A DNA stretch of 64,000 bases from Candidatus Latescibacterota bacterium (GTDB taxonomy: Bacteria > Latescibacterota > UBA2968 > GCA-2709665), in NCBI GenBank assembly GCA_965226795.1, contig CBDDDZ010000004.1, positions 608,001 to 672,000 on the forward strand, in the 5' to 3' direction. A model generated the notes under the pieces. That model did not search any database. It was given only the letters and a program-made list of their open reading frames with translations, and was not told the DNA's origin. The translations under genes and the position numbers were made by a program. The stretch's first letter is position 1, and each line of letters begins with the position of its first letter. Below are positions 43,469 through 53,372 of the stretch, in pieces.

Positions 43469-43620
43469 ATGTTCTGTCCCGGAAATAGATTGCCGAAATC
43501 AGGCCGACGAGTCGCCCGGCTCGCAAGGCACTTGAGCGAGGCGACCTGCGCAAGGTCGGAAACGCAGCGAGACGGGATGAATCGACGTAAAAACGGTGAT
43601 ATCTTTCCGGGACAGAACAC
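43469..43620. mobile_element. MITE-like repeat, copy 3 (best conserved TIRs)
   Basis: 16-bp perfect TIR TGTTCTGTCCCGGAAA / TTTCCGGGACAGAACA. Confidence 0.88.
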
Positions 43621-43734
43621 CGGGTTCTTGCGGAACAATATCGGAACGATCTTAATTACGCAGATAAAATACCCGTTTTTGGAGCGTGGAACAAGCCTCT
43701 TGTGTAAATCTGATCTTACCCTTATCATAATTCC

Positions 43735-44205
43735 ATGCAGATCATGTTGCTGGCGGTTGGCAAATGCCGCAAACCTTACCTGCGAGAAGGAGTGTCGGAC
43801 TATATCAATCGCATCCGGAGATACGCCAGCCTGGAGCATATCGAACTGAGAGAGGAACGGACCCCCAGGAAGGGCGCCACGCCGAGTGGCCTTTGCAGAG
43901 AAGGCGAACGCATCCTCCGAAAACTGCCGGAAAACGCTTTCCTTGTTGCCCTGGATCCGACCGGAGACACCTGCAGTTCCGACGCCCTCGCCCGGCGTAT
44001 CCAGAGAATCGGTATTGAGGGCATGCGCCGAATCGTGTTTGTGGTTGGCGGCCCCTCCGGCCTTTCCTCCCCGGTTATCCGGCGTGCCGACTGGCGCCTT
44101 TCGCTTTCTTCCTTCACCTTTCCACACGAAATCGCCCGTCTGATTCTCCTTGAACAGATTTACAGGGCATTTACCATTATGCGCGGCGAACCGTATCACA
44201 GGTAG
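43735..44205 (+). CDS. rlmH: 23S rRNA pseudouridine1915 methyltransferase
   Basis: VGGPSG, TFPHEIARLILLEQIYRA, PYHR. Confidence 0.96.
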   Translation: MQIMLLAVGKCRKPYLREGVSDYINRIRRYASLEHIELREERTPRKGATPSGLCREGERILRKLPENAFLVALDPTGDTCSSDALARRIQRIGIEGMRRIVFVVGGPSGLSSPVIRRADWRLSLSSFTFPHEIARLILLEQIYRAFTIMRGEPYHR

Positions 44206-44274
44206 TCGCCGCCACATACAGACCCTTTGCAACGCGGGAAGAATTCAGGCCGTACATTTCCGGCAGTCTGCAGA

Positions 44275-44517
44275 AACAAAAAGCCCGGAAAACAGGTTCA
44301 TCCGACAGCCGTGGAGAGATGATTCCGCCACTGGAATCCGGCTGCCGCGAACGTCTCCTGTTTCCGGGCTTTTTAAATGCGGACTGAAATGCCTAAATAT
44401 ACAGTTTCGGGGGAATGGGAGAAATCCGAATCCGACAACCACGGTGAACGGCCGGAGGGGTATCGGCCCGAGGGGTGCCGGAAGAAGGGTTGTCTCAATC
44501 GCATGCCTTTCCAGAGC
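44275..44517 (-). ncRNA. Candidate structured small RNA
   Basis: Own promoter, three C-rich-loop hairpins and a long terminal hairpin ending in a U-run; see findings. Confidence 0.5.
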
Positions 44518-44523
44518 AATTGA

Positions 44524-44552
44524 AAGATAAGCCATTGTTTTTTTTTAGTCAA
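44524..44552 (-). promoter_or_regulatory. sigma70 promoter with no annotated gene downstream
   Basis: TTGACT-17 bp-TATCTT with AT-rich upstream DNA. Confidence 0.6.
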
Positions 44553-44922
44553 GGGTAAGTTTGTCCTAATATACTGTTTTACATTATCTTGTGGTCTCCA
44601 CGTCGTAACATACCTTAATATATGGATTTTTGCGCGGCGAACCCTCGAAAACCGCATATCGCGTCGCTGGCCGCGAAGGGATTCCCGGATTCGCCTGACA
44701 ACTTCGCCACTTCCCGCCATACCTTATTCTCTGACGATTTCGCAATATCGTCTCCGTTCAATATCGCCACTTCGAGCGAGGAAGGCGGACGTTGCAACCT
44801 CAGGCGTCGAGAGATACTTCTGGACAGGTTCCCTGTTCGGCGCTATCTTCGATGCTCGGTGAACGGAATCCGGTCCTTACATATCCAGCTCACAACCTCT
44901 TCTTCTTCGACGCGATTTCCCC

Positions 44923-46275
44923 ATGCCACATACCCTTACCATCACACAGGCAGCAGCGGAAATCCGGGCGGGCCGTCTTTCTCCCCTGGAGCTTCTACAC
45001 GCCTGTTTTTCACAGATCGACGCCCTCGACAGCCGCCTGCACGCATGGGTCATCGTCGACAGGGAAGGGGCCGAGAATCGCGCACGGCGTCTTCAGGAGG
45101 ATCTCGCCTGCGGCCGGTACCGCGGTCCCATGCACGGAATCCCGGTGGGGATTAAGGACATCATCAACACGAAAGGCTTGCCTACCGCCGCCGGAGCAAG
45201 ACACCTTTACAACATGGCACCGAAGGAAGACGCAACCGTGGTTGCCCGCTTGCTCCGCTCCGGGGCGATCATCCCCGGCAAAACGGTTACCACGCCCTTT
45301 GCATGTTTCGATCCGGCGGAAACCAGGAACCCCTGGAACCCTGATCATACCCCCGGCGGCTCCAGCAGCGGATCCGCCGCCGCGGTCGCGGCGCGTATGT
45401 GTCCCGCCGCCTTGGGGTCCCAGACCGGCGGCTCCATCAGTCGTCCCGCCGCGTACTGCGGCCTCGTGGGTCTCAAACCCACCTTTGGCCGGATCAGCGT
45501 TTATGGGATCCTGCCCGTCAGTTATGAACTGGACCATCCGGGTCCGTTCACACGGTCAGTCGCCGATGCAGCCGTCATCCTGGAGAGCCTGGCCGGGAAA
45601 GATCCGCTGGATCCGCTCAGCACCGACGTTCCTGTTGGGAAATATCGCATCAACCCGTTGACGCGTCCGCCCCGAATCGGCATTATCCGTACATACTTCC
45701 CTGAAAACGCCGACGAAACCATGCGTGCAGCGACCCACTTTGCAACAAGCCGTCTCGACTCCGCCGGCGCCGAATTCACCGACGTGCACATGCCCGGATC
45801 CTTTGCGGAATTGCACGAGAACCACGCCCTTCTGCTTGCCGTCGGCGCGGCAAGCGTTCACCGGGAACGATATGACGCGCACCGCGACCGCTTTCCGCCC
45901 GGCCTCAGCGAAATAATCGAAAGGGGTCGCGCCGCCAGCGCCGTCACCTACGCCGATGCACGACGCCACCAGATTGCATTCAAATCGGAGGTTCTCGCTG
46001 CTTTCAAGGGCGTGGACCTGCTCCTCACCCCCGCAACGCCCACACCGGCTCCGTCAGGCCTGACATCCACCGGCAACCCTGCCTTCAACAGCCCCTGGAG
46101 CTACGCCGGCCTTCCCACGATCGTCCTGCCGGCCACGTGTACCCCCGGCGGACTGCCCGCCGGAATCCAGCTGGTTGCCCGCCCCTTCGCCGAAGCCCGC
46201 CTGCTCTCTATCTCCGCCTGGTGCGAAACCCACCTCGAGTGGACCCGCACTCCATCGAATCTATCTGGCAATTAG
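44923..46275 (+). CDS. Amidase-signature family enzyme (GatA-like)
   Basis: GIKD, GGSSSGS, GSQTGGSI. Confidence 0.92.
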   Translation: MPHTLTITQAAAEIRAGRLSPLELLHACFSQIDALDSRLHAWVIVDREGAENRARRLQEDLACGRYRGPMHGIPVGIKDIINTKGLPTAAGARHLYNMAPKEDATVVARLLRSGAIIPGKTVTTPFACFDPAETRNPWNPDHTPGGSSSGSAAAVAARMCPAALGSQTGGSISRPAAYCGLVGLKPTFGRISVYGILPVSYELDHPGPFTRSVADAAVILESLAGKDPLDPLSTDVPVGKYRINPLTRPPRIGIIRTYFPENADETMRAATHFATSRLDSAGAEFTDVHMPGSFAELHENHALLLAVGAASVHRERYDAHRDRFPPGLSEIIERGRAASAVTYADARRHQIAFKSEVLAAFKGVDLLLTPATPTPAPSGLTSTGNPAFNSPWSYAGLPTIVLPATCTPGGLPAGIQLVARPFAEARLLSISAWCETHLEWTRTPSNLSGN

Positions 46276-46279
46276 CACC

Positions 46280-47497
46280 ATGTATCCGCACCGGGCCCTC
46301 AGGCATCTCACGTGTTTGACGCTCCTTTTCCATTTTTCCGGCATCGTCCATGCTTCCCGCGTGCATGTCCCAAGGCAGCATGCCGTCCGCCAGGGAATCG
46401 ACCATGTGCTTAACGAACGGTTTGACCTCTCGCATGCCATATTCGATTCCCTTGTCGCCGTCGAACCCGACCGGCCCGAAGGTTTTCTGGGTAAAGCCCT
46501 TACTTACTGGAACGAAAGTGTGCTTCTGGCAGACGGCGAACGGTTTGCCGACCGCGTCGACCACCTGACCGGACGCGCCATCAAGTCTGCCGAGCAGGCG
46601 CTCAAGACCGACAATGACAACGCGGAGATGGTCTTCCTTCTCGGAAAGGCCTATGGCCTGCGCGCGGGCATGGCGCTCATCCACGGCAGCCCCGTAGACG
46701 GCGTACTCCACGGCTTGAAGTGCCGCGACTACCTCAAGGAAGCCATCCGCCTGGATCCGAACCTGGCGGACGCCTATTTCGGACTGGGCCTCGCAGACTA
46801 CGTCGCCGCCCGCCAGCCGCGTTTCCTCAGGATGGTGAGCCGGCTCCTATCGCTACCCGACGGCAATCGGAAACGCGGCCTCGCACGCCTGCAGCGGGTT
46901 GCCCGGGAAGGCATCTACACCCAGCGGCACGCCGTCTCCAGCCGTGCCTACATCGCCCTCTACTACGAGAAGGACTACGAAGACGCCCGCCGTCGTTTTG
47001 CGGACCTGCACCGACGCTACCCCCACAGCCTGGACTACCGTATCCGTTACCTGGACGCGCTCTTCGGGCTCACCATTCGAGGCAGGCAGGATCAACGCCA
47101 GGCTCTGATCGACTCCGCGAGATCGATCCATCGCCTGGCAAGAGAGCGCAACTGGGACCTGAACCGCTGGTCGCGCACCAAACTGGACTTTATTGAAGGC
47201 TTTGGCCACTATCTTACCGGCAACGTGGATGCAACAAAAAAACATCTGGAAATCTACATACGGGATGCCTCCAGAAAAAGCTGGCTGCTCGGCCCCGCAC
47301 ATCTCATTCTGGGCAAACTGGCCGACCTGCGAAACGACCGGAAAATCGCAATCCGCCATTACCGCCGCGCACGAAAACATGAAGACGTATGGGGCGTCCA
47401 CGACGAAGCCGACACCTATCTTCGGCAACCGTTCGTCGGAGATGAGCCCGTCAGGCGTCCGCCGGACACGGTACGGCGTTATCCTGAAAAACCTTGA
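46280..47497 (+). CDS. Secreted TPR-like protein
   Basis: Signal peptide; AIRLDPNLADAYFGLG helical repeats. Confidence 0.75.
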   Translation: MYPHRALRHLTCLTLLFHFSGIVHASRVHVPRQHAVRQGIDHVLNERFDLSHAIFDSLVAVEPDRPEGFLGKALTYWNESVLLADGERFADRVDHLTGRAIKSAEQALKTDNDNAEMVFLLGKAYGLRAGMALIHGSPVDGVLHGLKCRDYLKEAIRLDPNLADAYFGLGLADYVAARQPRFLRMVSRLLSLPDGNRKRGLARLQRVAREGIYTQRHAVSSRAYIALYYEKDYEDARRRFADLHRRYPHSLDYRIRYLDALFGLTIRGRQDQRQALIDSARSIHRLARERNWDLNRWSRTKLDFIEGFGHYLTGNVDATKKHLEIYIRDASRKSWLLGPAHLILGKLADLRNDRKIAIRHYRRARKHEDVWGVHDEADTYLRQPFVGDEPVRRPPDTVRRYPEKP

Positions 47498-47795
47498 ATC
47501 TTGCTAAATCTGAAAAACTCCGGCATCGTCCCACAAAGCTCCATACTTCTCCGGCCAAAACGACACGAGAGCAGTGCGTTCCCTTTCTCCCGCAAGGGTT
47601 CCCTGAAACTGCCACGAGATCGATCAATTCTTGTGGGACGGCCTTGACCACCCTCCCGGAATACGCGTTATTGTATCGGATGGATTGCAGTAAAACCTCT
47701 CAGACGGGACGATCAGCGGAAGAAAGGCTTGAAAAACCCCCCAGCCGTGTTCCCTATTGTGAACATGCCGGAATCTCTTCTCCCAGGGACAGGTT

Positions 47796-48602
47796 ATGGC
47801 GTTCGCGTCCTTATACTCCCTGCGCCATCGAAGGCTCGAGTTTTTCCGGGAGCGTATCCACTACCCCGCGCCTTCGTCAACACCGTGGATCGGGGCCAAC
47901 GTAGTCCGCATTAAAAGCCCGGACGTAGACCTGAAGCGCCACTATCTGAAGACCTTTGGCGTTTCCTTTGTCCTCTCCTCAATACTCCTCGCCGTTCTGT
48001 GCCTCATCTTTCCGAGATATGAATTTCTTAGCAATTCATCCTACCCCGCACCGGTTATCTTCACACTCGAAGACATCCCCGAAACCTTTCAGGCGCCAAG
48101 ACCTGAAACCGAAGAAATGATCCTGGGCTCGGACGACCCGGATGGCGTGGCGGTCGTCGACACCCTCGAAGAAGAGGAATCGGACATCGACTTTCTCGCC
48201 AACCTCCATATCGATGACACGCTTGGAGATATGGATCGGACGCTTGACGAGGAAGCTGTAGATTTCTGGGCCGTCTCAAAAGAACCCGTACTGGTGCGCG
48301 AGGTTCTGCCCGTCTACCCCAAAATCGCCCACGAGTCCGGCCTCGAAGGGGTTGTCTTCGTCAAATTCGCCGTTGGTTCGGACGGACTGGTCAAAGAGAC
48401 CTCCGTTCAGAAAGGCCCCCGGATTTTTCACGCGTCCGCCCTGGAAGCCGTCAACCGGTTTGTCTTCAGGCCGGCCCTTCAAAACGACAAGCCAGTCTCG
48501 GTCTGGATGACGCTTCCCATACGTTTTCGCATTGTGGACAATTTGCTTGAAGCACGACCCGTTCAACATGTCCAAAAGCTGCCGGCCCCCCTATCGCCAT
48601 AG
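47796..48602 (+). CDS. Energy transducer TonB
   Basis: TM anchor, PVYPKIA..GLEGVV, FRPALQNDKPV. Confidence 0.88.
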   Translation: MAFASLYSLRHRRLEFFRERIHYPAPSSTPWIGANVVRIKSPDVDLKRHYLKTFGVSFVLSSILLAVLCLIFPRYEFLSNSSYPAPVIFTLEDIPETFQAPRPETEEMILGSDDPDGVAVVDTLEEEESDIDFLANLHIDDTLGDMDRTLDEEAVDFWAVSKEPVLVREVLPVYPKIAHESGLEGVVFVKFAVGSDGLVKETSVQKGPRIFHASALEAVNRFVFRPALQNDKPVSVWMTLPIRFRIVDNLLEARPVQHVQKLPAPLSP

Positions 48603-48615
48603 AGGCAGCCTTTCC

Positions 48616-49620
48616 TCAATTTCCCCGATCGCGATCAACCGCTCCTCCTGAATAAATCACTTCCTTTAAACGACCCTGTTCGTCCAGCCGAACCCGCAAG
48701 GTAAATGCTCGCCTTTTCAGAAATTCCGGATTGTGATCCAGCGCCATCCGCAAGGCAAGCGACCCCAGCCAACCCAGGCCGTCGGCCCGTATCCCAAACC
48801 GCAAATCGTGGATCAAAAACGCGCGACCGCTTTCACCGGACTCCGCCACCACCGGGAAACGCGCGAACCAGCGATAAATCTGCCCGACCCTACGTTCCCA
48901 CAGGCGTTCCAGACGGGGCTCGTCAAGCGCCGAACGGTACGTTTTCGGCGTCCCGGCTACTCCTGAAAACATTGACACGGGCACCTCGTACCATTCTCCC
49001 TCACCGAATGCGATTCCCCGCCGGTGCAGAGGTGAAAAAGGCACTGGAACGGCCGCTACGGCCGTCAGGCCCCTTTCGGTTGCCCAGCGGTCCATGTAAA
49101 GGAAGGCGATAGCCGAAACGGCGATATTGAGTGCCATATAGGCGGCAAGCGCCGCTGCACCCATGCGGTACCCCCTTTCTCCCCATCCCTTCCACCCGAG
49201 AACCAGCCCGCCGATCAGAATCAGATCCAGGTACGGGTCGATAATGAACAGCACGTCAAACAACGCCCGGTACCTGGAAAATGGCATAAAGATCATGGTC
49301 CCATAGGAGGTAACCAGGTCGAACAGAATATGCAGCGACAGACCGGAAAGGGCGACAGCATACAGCTTGAGAAACGGAACTTCCTTGAGTATGAATCGCC
49401 GGACAACCCACGCGAGGGCGAGGGCGCCGATTGCAGCACCGAAAAACGAATGTGTCATCCCCCGGTGCGTCTGCAGGCTGTCGAGCGCGTCGCTGGACAG
49501 GAACACATCCACATCGGGCAATACACTGGTGAGGGTAACCAGATTCACGAACCCCCGGTTCTGCGGCCATACGGATCGCGCAACCAGACGGCCAACCAGG
49601 CCGTGCGTCGGGGTGTCCAT
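48616..49620 (-). CDS. Membrane metal-dependent hydrolase (YdjM-like)
   Basis: MDTPTH, PDVD, HRGMTHS, HILFD..TSYG. Confidence 0.9.
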   Translation of the reverse strand: MDTPTHGLVGRLVARSVWPQNRGFVNLVTLTSVLPDVDVFLSSDALDSLQTHRGMTHSFFGAAIGALALAWVVRRFILKEVPFLKLYAVALSGLSLHILFDLVTSYGTMIFMPFSRYRALFDVLFIIDPYLDLILIGGLVLGWKGWGERGYRMGAAALAAYMALNIAVSAIAFLYMDRWATERGLTAVAAVPVPFSPLHRRGIAFGEGEWYEVPVSMFSGVAGTPKTYRSALDEPRLERLWERRVGQIYRWFARFPVVAESGESGRAFLIHDLRFGIRADGLGWLGSLALRMALDHNPEFLKRRAFTLRVRLDEQGRLKEVIYSGGAVDRDRGN

Positions 49621-49848
49621 CCTGTCTGCCTCTGCTTCGGAAATGAATGAAACGGCAATCGGCGGCGGCGTTCTCTCGATTCAAACCCCACCCGTCAGGC
49701 ATCACTACCAGCGATCATTTGTCGCCGGAACACTGCGTCTGCCCTTGAACCGCCGGACCCACAGAATATACCCAATGCCCCGGCTGAATCAACCCCGCAC
49801 AAACGCCACTTGACAGCGTGCGTCCTGCCGATGTAACATAGGAACAGG

Positions 49849-49868
49849 TTTCCGGGACAGGACGCTAA
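49849..49868. mobile_element. MITE single TIR (right end only)
   Basis: TTTCCGGGACAGGACGCTAA resembles the right TIR of the other copies. Confidence 0.55.
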
Positions 49869-49913
49869 TTTCCCCTTCCTCACAGATGAAGGGCTGCTGG
49901 GAGGCTGAATGCA

Positions 49914-50645
49914 ATGTCAAAACTCGAAGGTAAGGTCGCGCTGGTAACCGGCGGAAATCAGGGCATCGGAAAGGGAATAGCGCGGGCGCTGGCGAAAGAA
50001 GGCGCGGATCTGGTGTTGACCGCCAGAACGGTCGAGAAGCTGGAATCGGCGGCGGAAGAGATCAGGTCGGAGGGCGTGGAGGCGCTGGTCGCTCCCGCGG
50101 ACGTCACCGACGAATCGCAGGTGGAGGCTGTATTCACTCGAACGATGGAGCGGTTCGGGAGGGTGGATATTCTGGTCAACAACGCAGCGGCCTTTGACGG
50201 GGGACCCATCGACGAACTTTCCGCATCCGCCTGGGATTGGGCGATGGCGGTAAATCTGCGGGGACCCTTTCTGTGCACGCGGGCGGCGTTTCGCATTATG
50301 AAAAAACAGGGCGGGGGCCGGATAATCAATATAGGCAGCATTTCCGCTCAGCGGGTTCGTCCGAATTCCGCTCCGTACAGCACGAGCAAATTCGGCATCA
50401 CGGGCCTGACGCATGCCACGGCGCTGGACGGCCGGGACTACGGGATTGTCTGCTCCTGTCTGCACCCCGGCAATACCCAGGTGGAACGTCGCCAGGAATC
50501 CGTCGCGCCCACGGACGATGAACCGATGATGACGGTGGATGAATTGGCGCAGGCCGCGGTGACAATGGCCACGCTGCCGCTTCACGTCAACATGCTGGAG
50601 GCAATCGTTTTGCCCGTAGGGCAGTTGTACGTTGGAAGAGGATGA
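49914..50645 (+). CDS. SDR oxidoreductase
   Basis: TGGNQGIG, NNA, YSTSK. Confidence 0.92.
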   Translation: MSKLEGKVALVTGGNQGIGKGIARALAKEGADLVLTARTVEKLESAAEEIRSEGVEALVAPADVTDESQVEAVFTRTMERFGRVDILVNNAAAFDGGPIDELSASAWDWAMAVNLRGPFLCTRAAFRIMKKQGGGRIINIGSISAQRVRPNSAPYSTSKFGITGLTHATALDGRDYGIVCSCLHPGNTQVERRQESVAPTDDEPMMTVDELAQAAVTMATLPLHVNMLEAIVLPVGQLYVGRG

Positions 50646-50796
50646 ATAGATACCGGTATGTTTCAAGAACCACCCGGACCCGAAACCCGGTGCCCGCCAC
50701 AGGAAATCACTGGATGGGGACACGGCTGAATCGGGACGGGATTCCAGGACCGTGATGGATCGGGACGGCTCGGTTCTTTCAAATCGAGGAATTTTC

Positions 50797-50825
50797 TTGA
50801 CACTCGTGATATGATTGTTTAATGT
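50797..50825 (+). promoter_or_regulatory. Promoter of the aromatic supra-operon
   Basis: TTGACA-17 bp-TAATGT. Confidence 0.75.
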
Positions 50826-50910
50826 TAGACCGTTCCTGTCGGCGTGGTCGTTCGGCGTAAGCAGGCGTCGGTGCGAGGCTGGCAGGAACCTGGATCATGG
50901 AGGATCGAAC

Positions 50911-51018
50911 GTGACGGATCATGGTCGGAACGGATTTCCCTGGCGTGGATATTTTTATCGCTCCTACCGGTGGTATTACCGGGAGGTCGCGGAACGTCAT
51001 GTCTGCCCACGAGAGTAA
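50911..51018 (+). CDS. Aromatic-rich attenuator leader peptide (35 aa)
   Basis: GGAGG 7 nt before GTG; MTDHGRNGFPWRGYFYRSYRWYYREVAERHVCPRE. Confidence 0.8.
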   Translation: MTDHGRNGFPWRGYFYRSYRWYYREVAERHVCPRE

Positions 51019-51040
51019 ACCGTTGACAGAGTCGGGAAAT

Positions 51041-51072
51041 GAGCCGTGGGCATCTGCTCACGGTTTTTTTTT
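51041..51072 (+). terminator. Attenuator terminator
   Basis: CCGTGGGC/GCTCACGG stem plus 9 T; its 5' arm can alternatively pair with 51004-51011. Confidence 0.85.
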
Positions 51073-51213
51073 GATCCGGTCGAAACATAAGGCCGGTGCT
51101 GGGACAAAGCGCCAGTCCCGGCCGGCCGGCTACGGATGTATAACAATCGCTCGTCCGGCACAAAGGGACGCGGATGTCTGATTCGCGACTTCTGATATAT
51201 CTTTGGAAGCCAG

Positions 51214-52704
51214 GTGAATCTCGTGAGCACACCCGATTTGAAAACGCTAAAAACGCTGGCTGAAGGCCGGGGGGTGGTTCCGATTTCCAGGGAAATCCTG
51301 GGAGATACGGAAACCCCGGTATCCGCGTACCTCAAACTGCGGCACAGGAGTCCCTACAGCTTTCTTTTTGAGAGCGTGGAAGGGGGAGAGAAGATCGGGC
51401 GCTATTCTTTCCTGGGAGTGGAGCCGTTTCTTGCGTTTCGGTCGTGGAAATCCCGGATAGAGGTGGAGGATCTGAAGCGGGGTGAGGTCCGTGTATATGA
51501 AGGGTCGCCCATTGCCGAACTCAGGCGTCTACTGAAAAAATACCGTTCAGCGCAGTTGGATGGACTGCCCAGATTTACCGGAGGGGCTGTGGGCTATGTG
51601 GGCTACGACGCAATCCGGTTGGTTGAAAATATCCCCGACAGCACGCGCGACGACTACGGTCTGCCAGACGTCGTATTGCTTTTCTACGATACGCTTCTTG
51701 GCTTCGACAACGTTCGACAGAAGATCCATCTGATTTCAAACGTGCATACCTCCGGGGATATTGAAGAGAATTACCGGGCGGCGGAGGCGCGAATCGATGT
51801 GCTGGAACGGGCCCTGTGCGGGCCGATTCCCACGAACGGCGTTCCGGAAAGTGTGCCCCGGCGAGGAGCGCGCGCGATCCGGTCGAATACGGAGCGGTCC
51901 GTCTTTTTGGACAAGGTGCGGCGCTGCAAGGAGTATATCGTGGCGGGCGATATTTTTCAGGTCGTACTTTCGCAGCGCTTTGAGACCGAGATAACCGTCG
52001 GATCACTGGACATTTACCGCGCGCTTCGCACGGTGAATCCGTCTCCATACATGTTCCATCTGGATTTGAAAGAGGTTCAGCTTATCGGCGCATCGCCGGA
52101 GCTGCTGGTTAGGGTCGAGAACGGCGTCGTGCAAGTGCGGCCGATAGCGGGCACACGGTGGAGGGGGGCTACGGAAGAGGAGGATTCCGCTCTCGAGGCG
52201 AATTTGCTGGCAGACGAAAAGGAACGTGCGGAACACATTATGCTTCTGGACCTGGGTCGGAACGACGTGGGGCGGGTATCCCGTTACGATACGGTACGGG
52301 TTACGGAGCAGATGACGATTGAGCGTTATTCTCATGTGATGCATATTGTGTCCAATGTTCAAGGGCATCTCAAAGATGGCGTGGATGCCCTGGATGCGCT
52401 TTTTGCCTGTTATCCGGCAGGCACGGTTTCCGGCGCGCCCAAGATCCGCGCGATGGAGATTATCGACGAACTGGAACCTACACGCCGTGGACCGTACTCG
52501 GGGGCGGTTGGCTATATTGACTTTTCGGGCAACATGGATACGTGCATTGCCATTCGTACGATGGTTTTGCAAGGCAGCAACGCCTATGTCCAGGCAGGCG
52601 GGGGAATTGTGTTCGATTCCGTGCCGGAGAGCGAGCACCAGGAAACAGTAAATAAAGCGAAGGCGCTGTTTAAAGCGGTGGAATTGGCGGAAGGTGCGAT
52701 GTAG
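51214..52704 (+). CDS. trpE: Anthranilate synthase component I
   Basis: FQVVLSQR, NPSPY, PIAGT, PAGTVSGAPK. Confidence 0.97.
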   Translation: MNLVSTPDLKTLKTLAEGRGVVPISREILGDTETPVSAYLKLRHRSPYSFLFESVEGGEKIGRYSFLGVEPFLAFRSWKSRIEVEDLKRGEVRVYEGSPIAELRRLLKKYRSAQLDGLPRFTGGAVGYVGYDAIRLVENIPDSTRDDYGLPDVVLLFYDTLLGFDNVRQKIHLISNVHTSGDIEENYRAAEARIDVLERALCGPIPTNGVPESVPRRGARAIRSNTERSVFLDKVRRCKEYIVAGDIFQVVLSQRFETEITVGSLDIYRALRTVNPSPYMFHLDLKEVQLIGASPELLVRVENGVVQVRPIAGTRWRGATEEEDSALEANLLADEKERAEHIMLLDLGRNDVGRVSRYDTVRVTEQMTIERYSHVMHIVSNVQGHLKDGVDALDALFACYPAGTVSGAPKIRAMEIIDELEPTRRGPYSGAVGYIDFSGNMDTCIAIRTMVLQGSNAYVQAGGGIVFDSVPESEHQETVNKAKALFKAVELAEGAM

Positions 52705-52753
52705 TATCAGGGATATATACTGCCATTCTTCAACGATCACGTTTCATTGACCT

Positions 52754-53317
52754 ATGATTCTGGTAATCGACAATTACGATTCGTTCACGTACAATCTGGT
52801 TCAGTATCTGGGCGAGTTGGGTGCGCGGATGGAGGTGTTTCGGAACGATCAGATCGAATTGGACCAGATCTGCGCATACCGACCTGAGAAGATGGTGATT
52901 TCGCCCGGGCCATGTACACCGAACGAGGCGGGAATCTCCGTGGATCTGATCCGGCGGTTTAGCGGAGAGATTCCGATGCTGGGCGTCTGTCTGGGGCATC
53001 AGTGCATCGGACAGGCCTTCGGCGGCACCGTCGTGAGGGCGCCGGCGATTCTACACGGGAAAGTGTCCGAGATTCATCACGACGAACGTTCGATTTTCAC
53101 GGGGATGTCACAGCCCTTTATCGCCACGCGATACCATTCCCTGATTGTCGAACGGGACAGCCTGCCGGACTGCCTCGAGGTTACCGCGCAGACACACGAC
53201 GGAACAATAATGGGGTTGCGGCACAGGGAGTATCCGGTTGAGGGCGTGCAGTTTCATCCGGAGTCGATTCTGACGGCTGAGGGCAAAGTGTTGTTAGAAA
53301 ATTTCCTGAATGGCTGA
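52754..53317 (+). CDS. trpG: Anthranilate synthase component II
   Basis: DNYDSF, SPGP, GVCLGHQ, QFHPES. Confidence 0.97.
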   Translation: MILVIDNYDSFTYNLVQYLGELGARMEVFRNDQIELDQICAYRPEKMVISPGPCTPNEAGISVDLIRRFSGEIPMLGVCLGHQCIGQAFGGTVVRAPAILHGKVSEIHHDERSIFTGMSQPFIATRYHSLIVERDSLPDCLEVTAQTHDGTIMGLRHREYPVEGVQFHPESILTAEGKVLLENFLNG

Positions 53318-53372
53318 ATTCGTGGATCGGAAAGCTGGACCGGATCTCTGTTTACAGGCTGGGGAGATGGCT

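Noticed and set aside
43381..44232. N-terminal extension making the S55 protein 885 aa
   Set aside because: Runs antisense through rlmH and across a MITE; the signal peptide begins at 43380.
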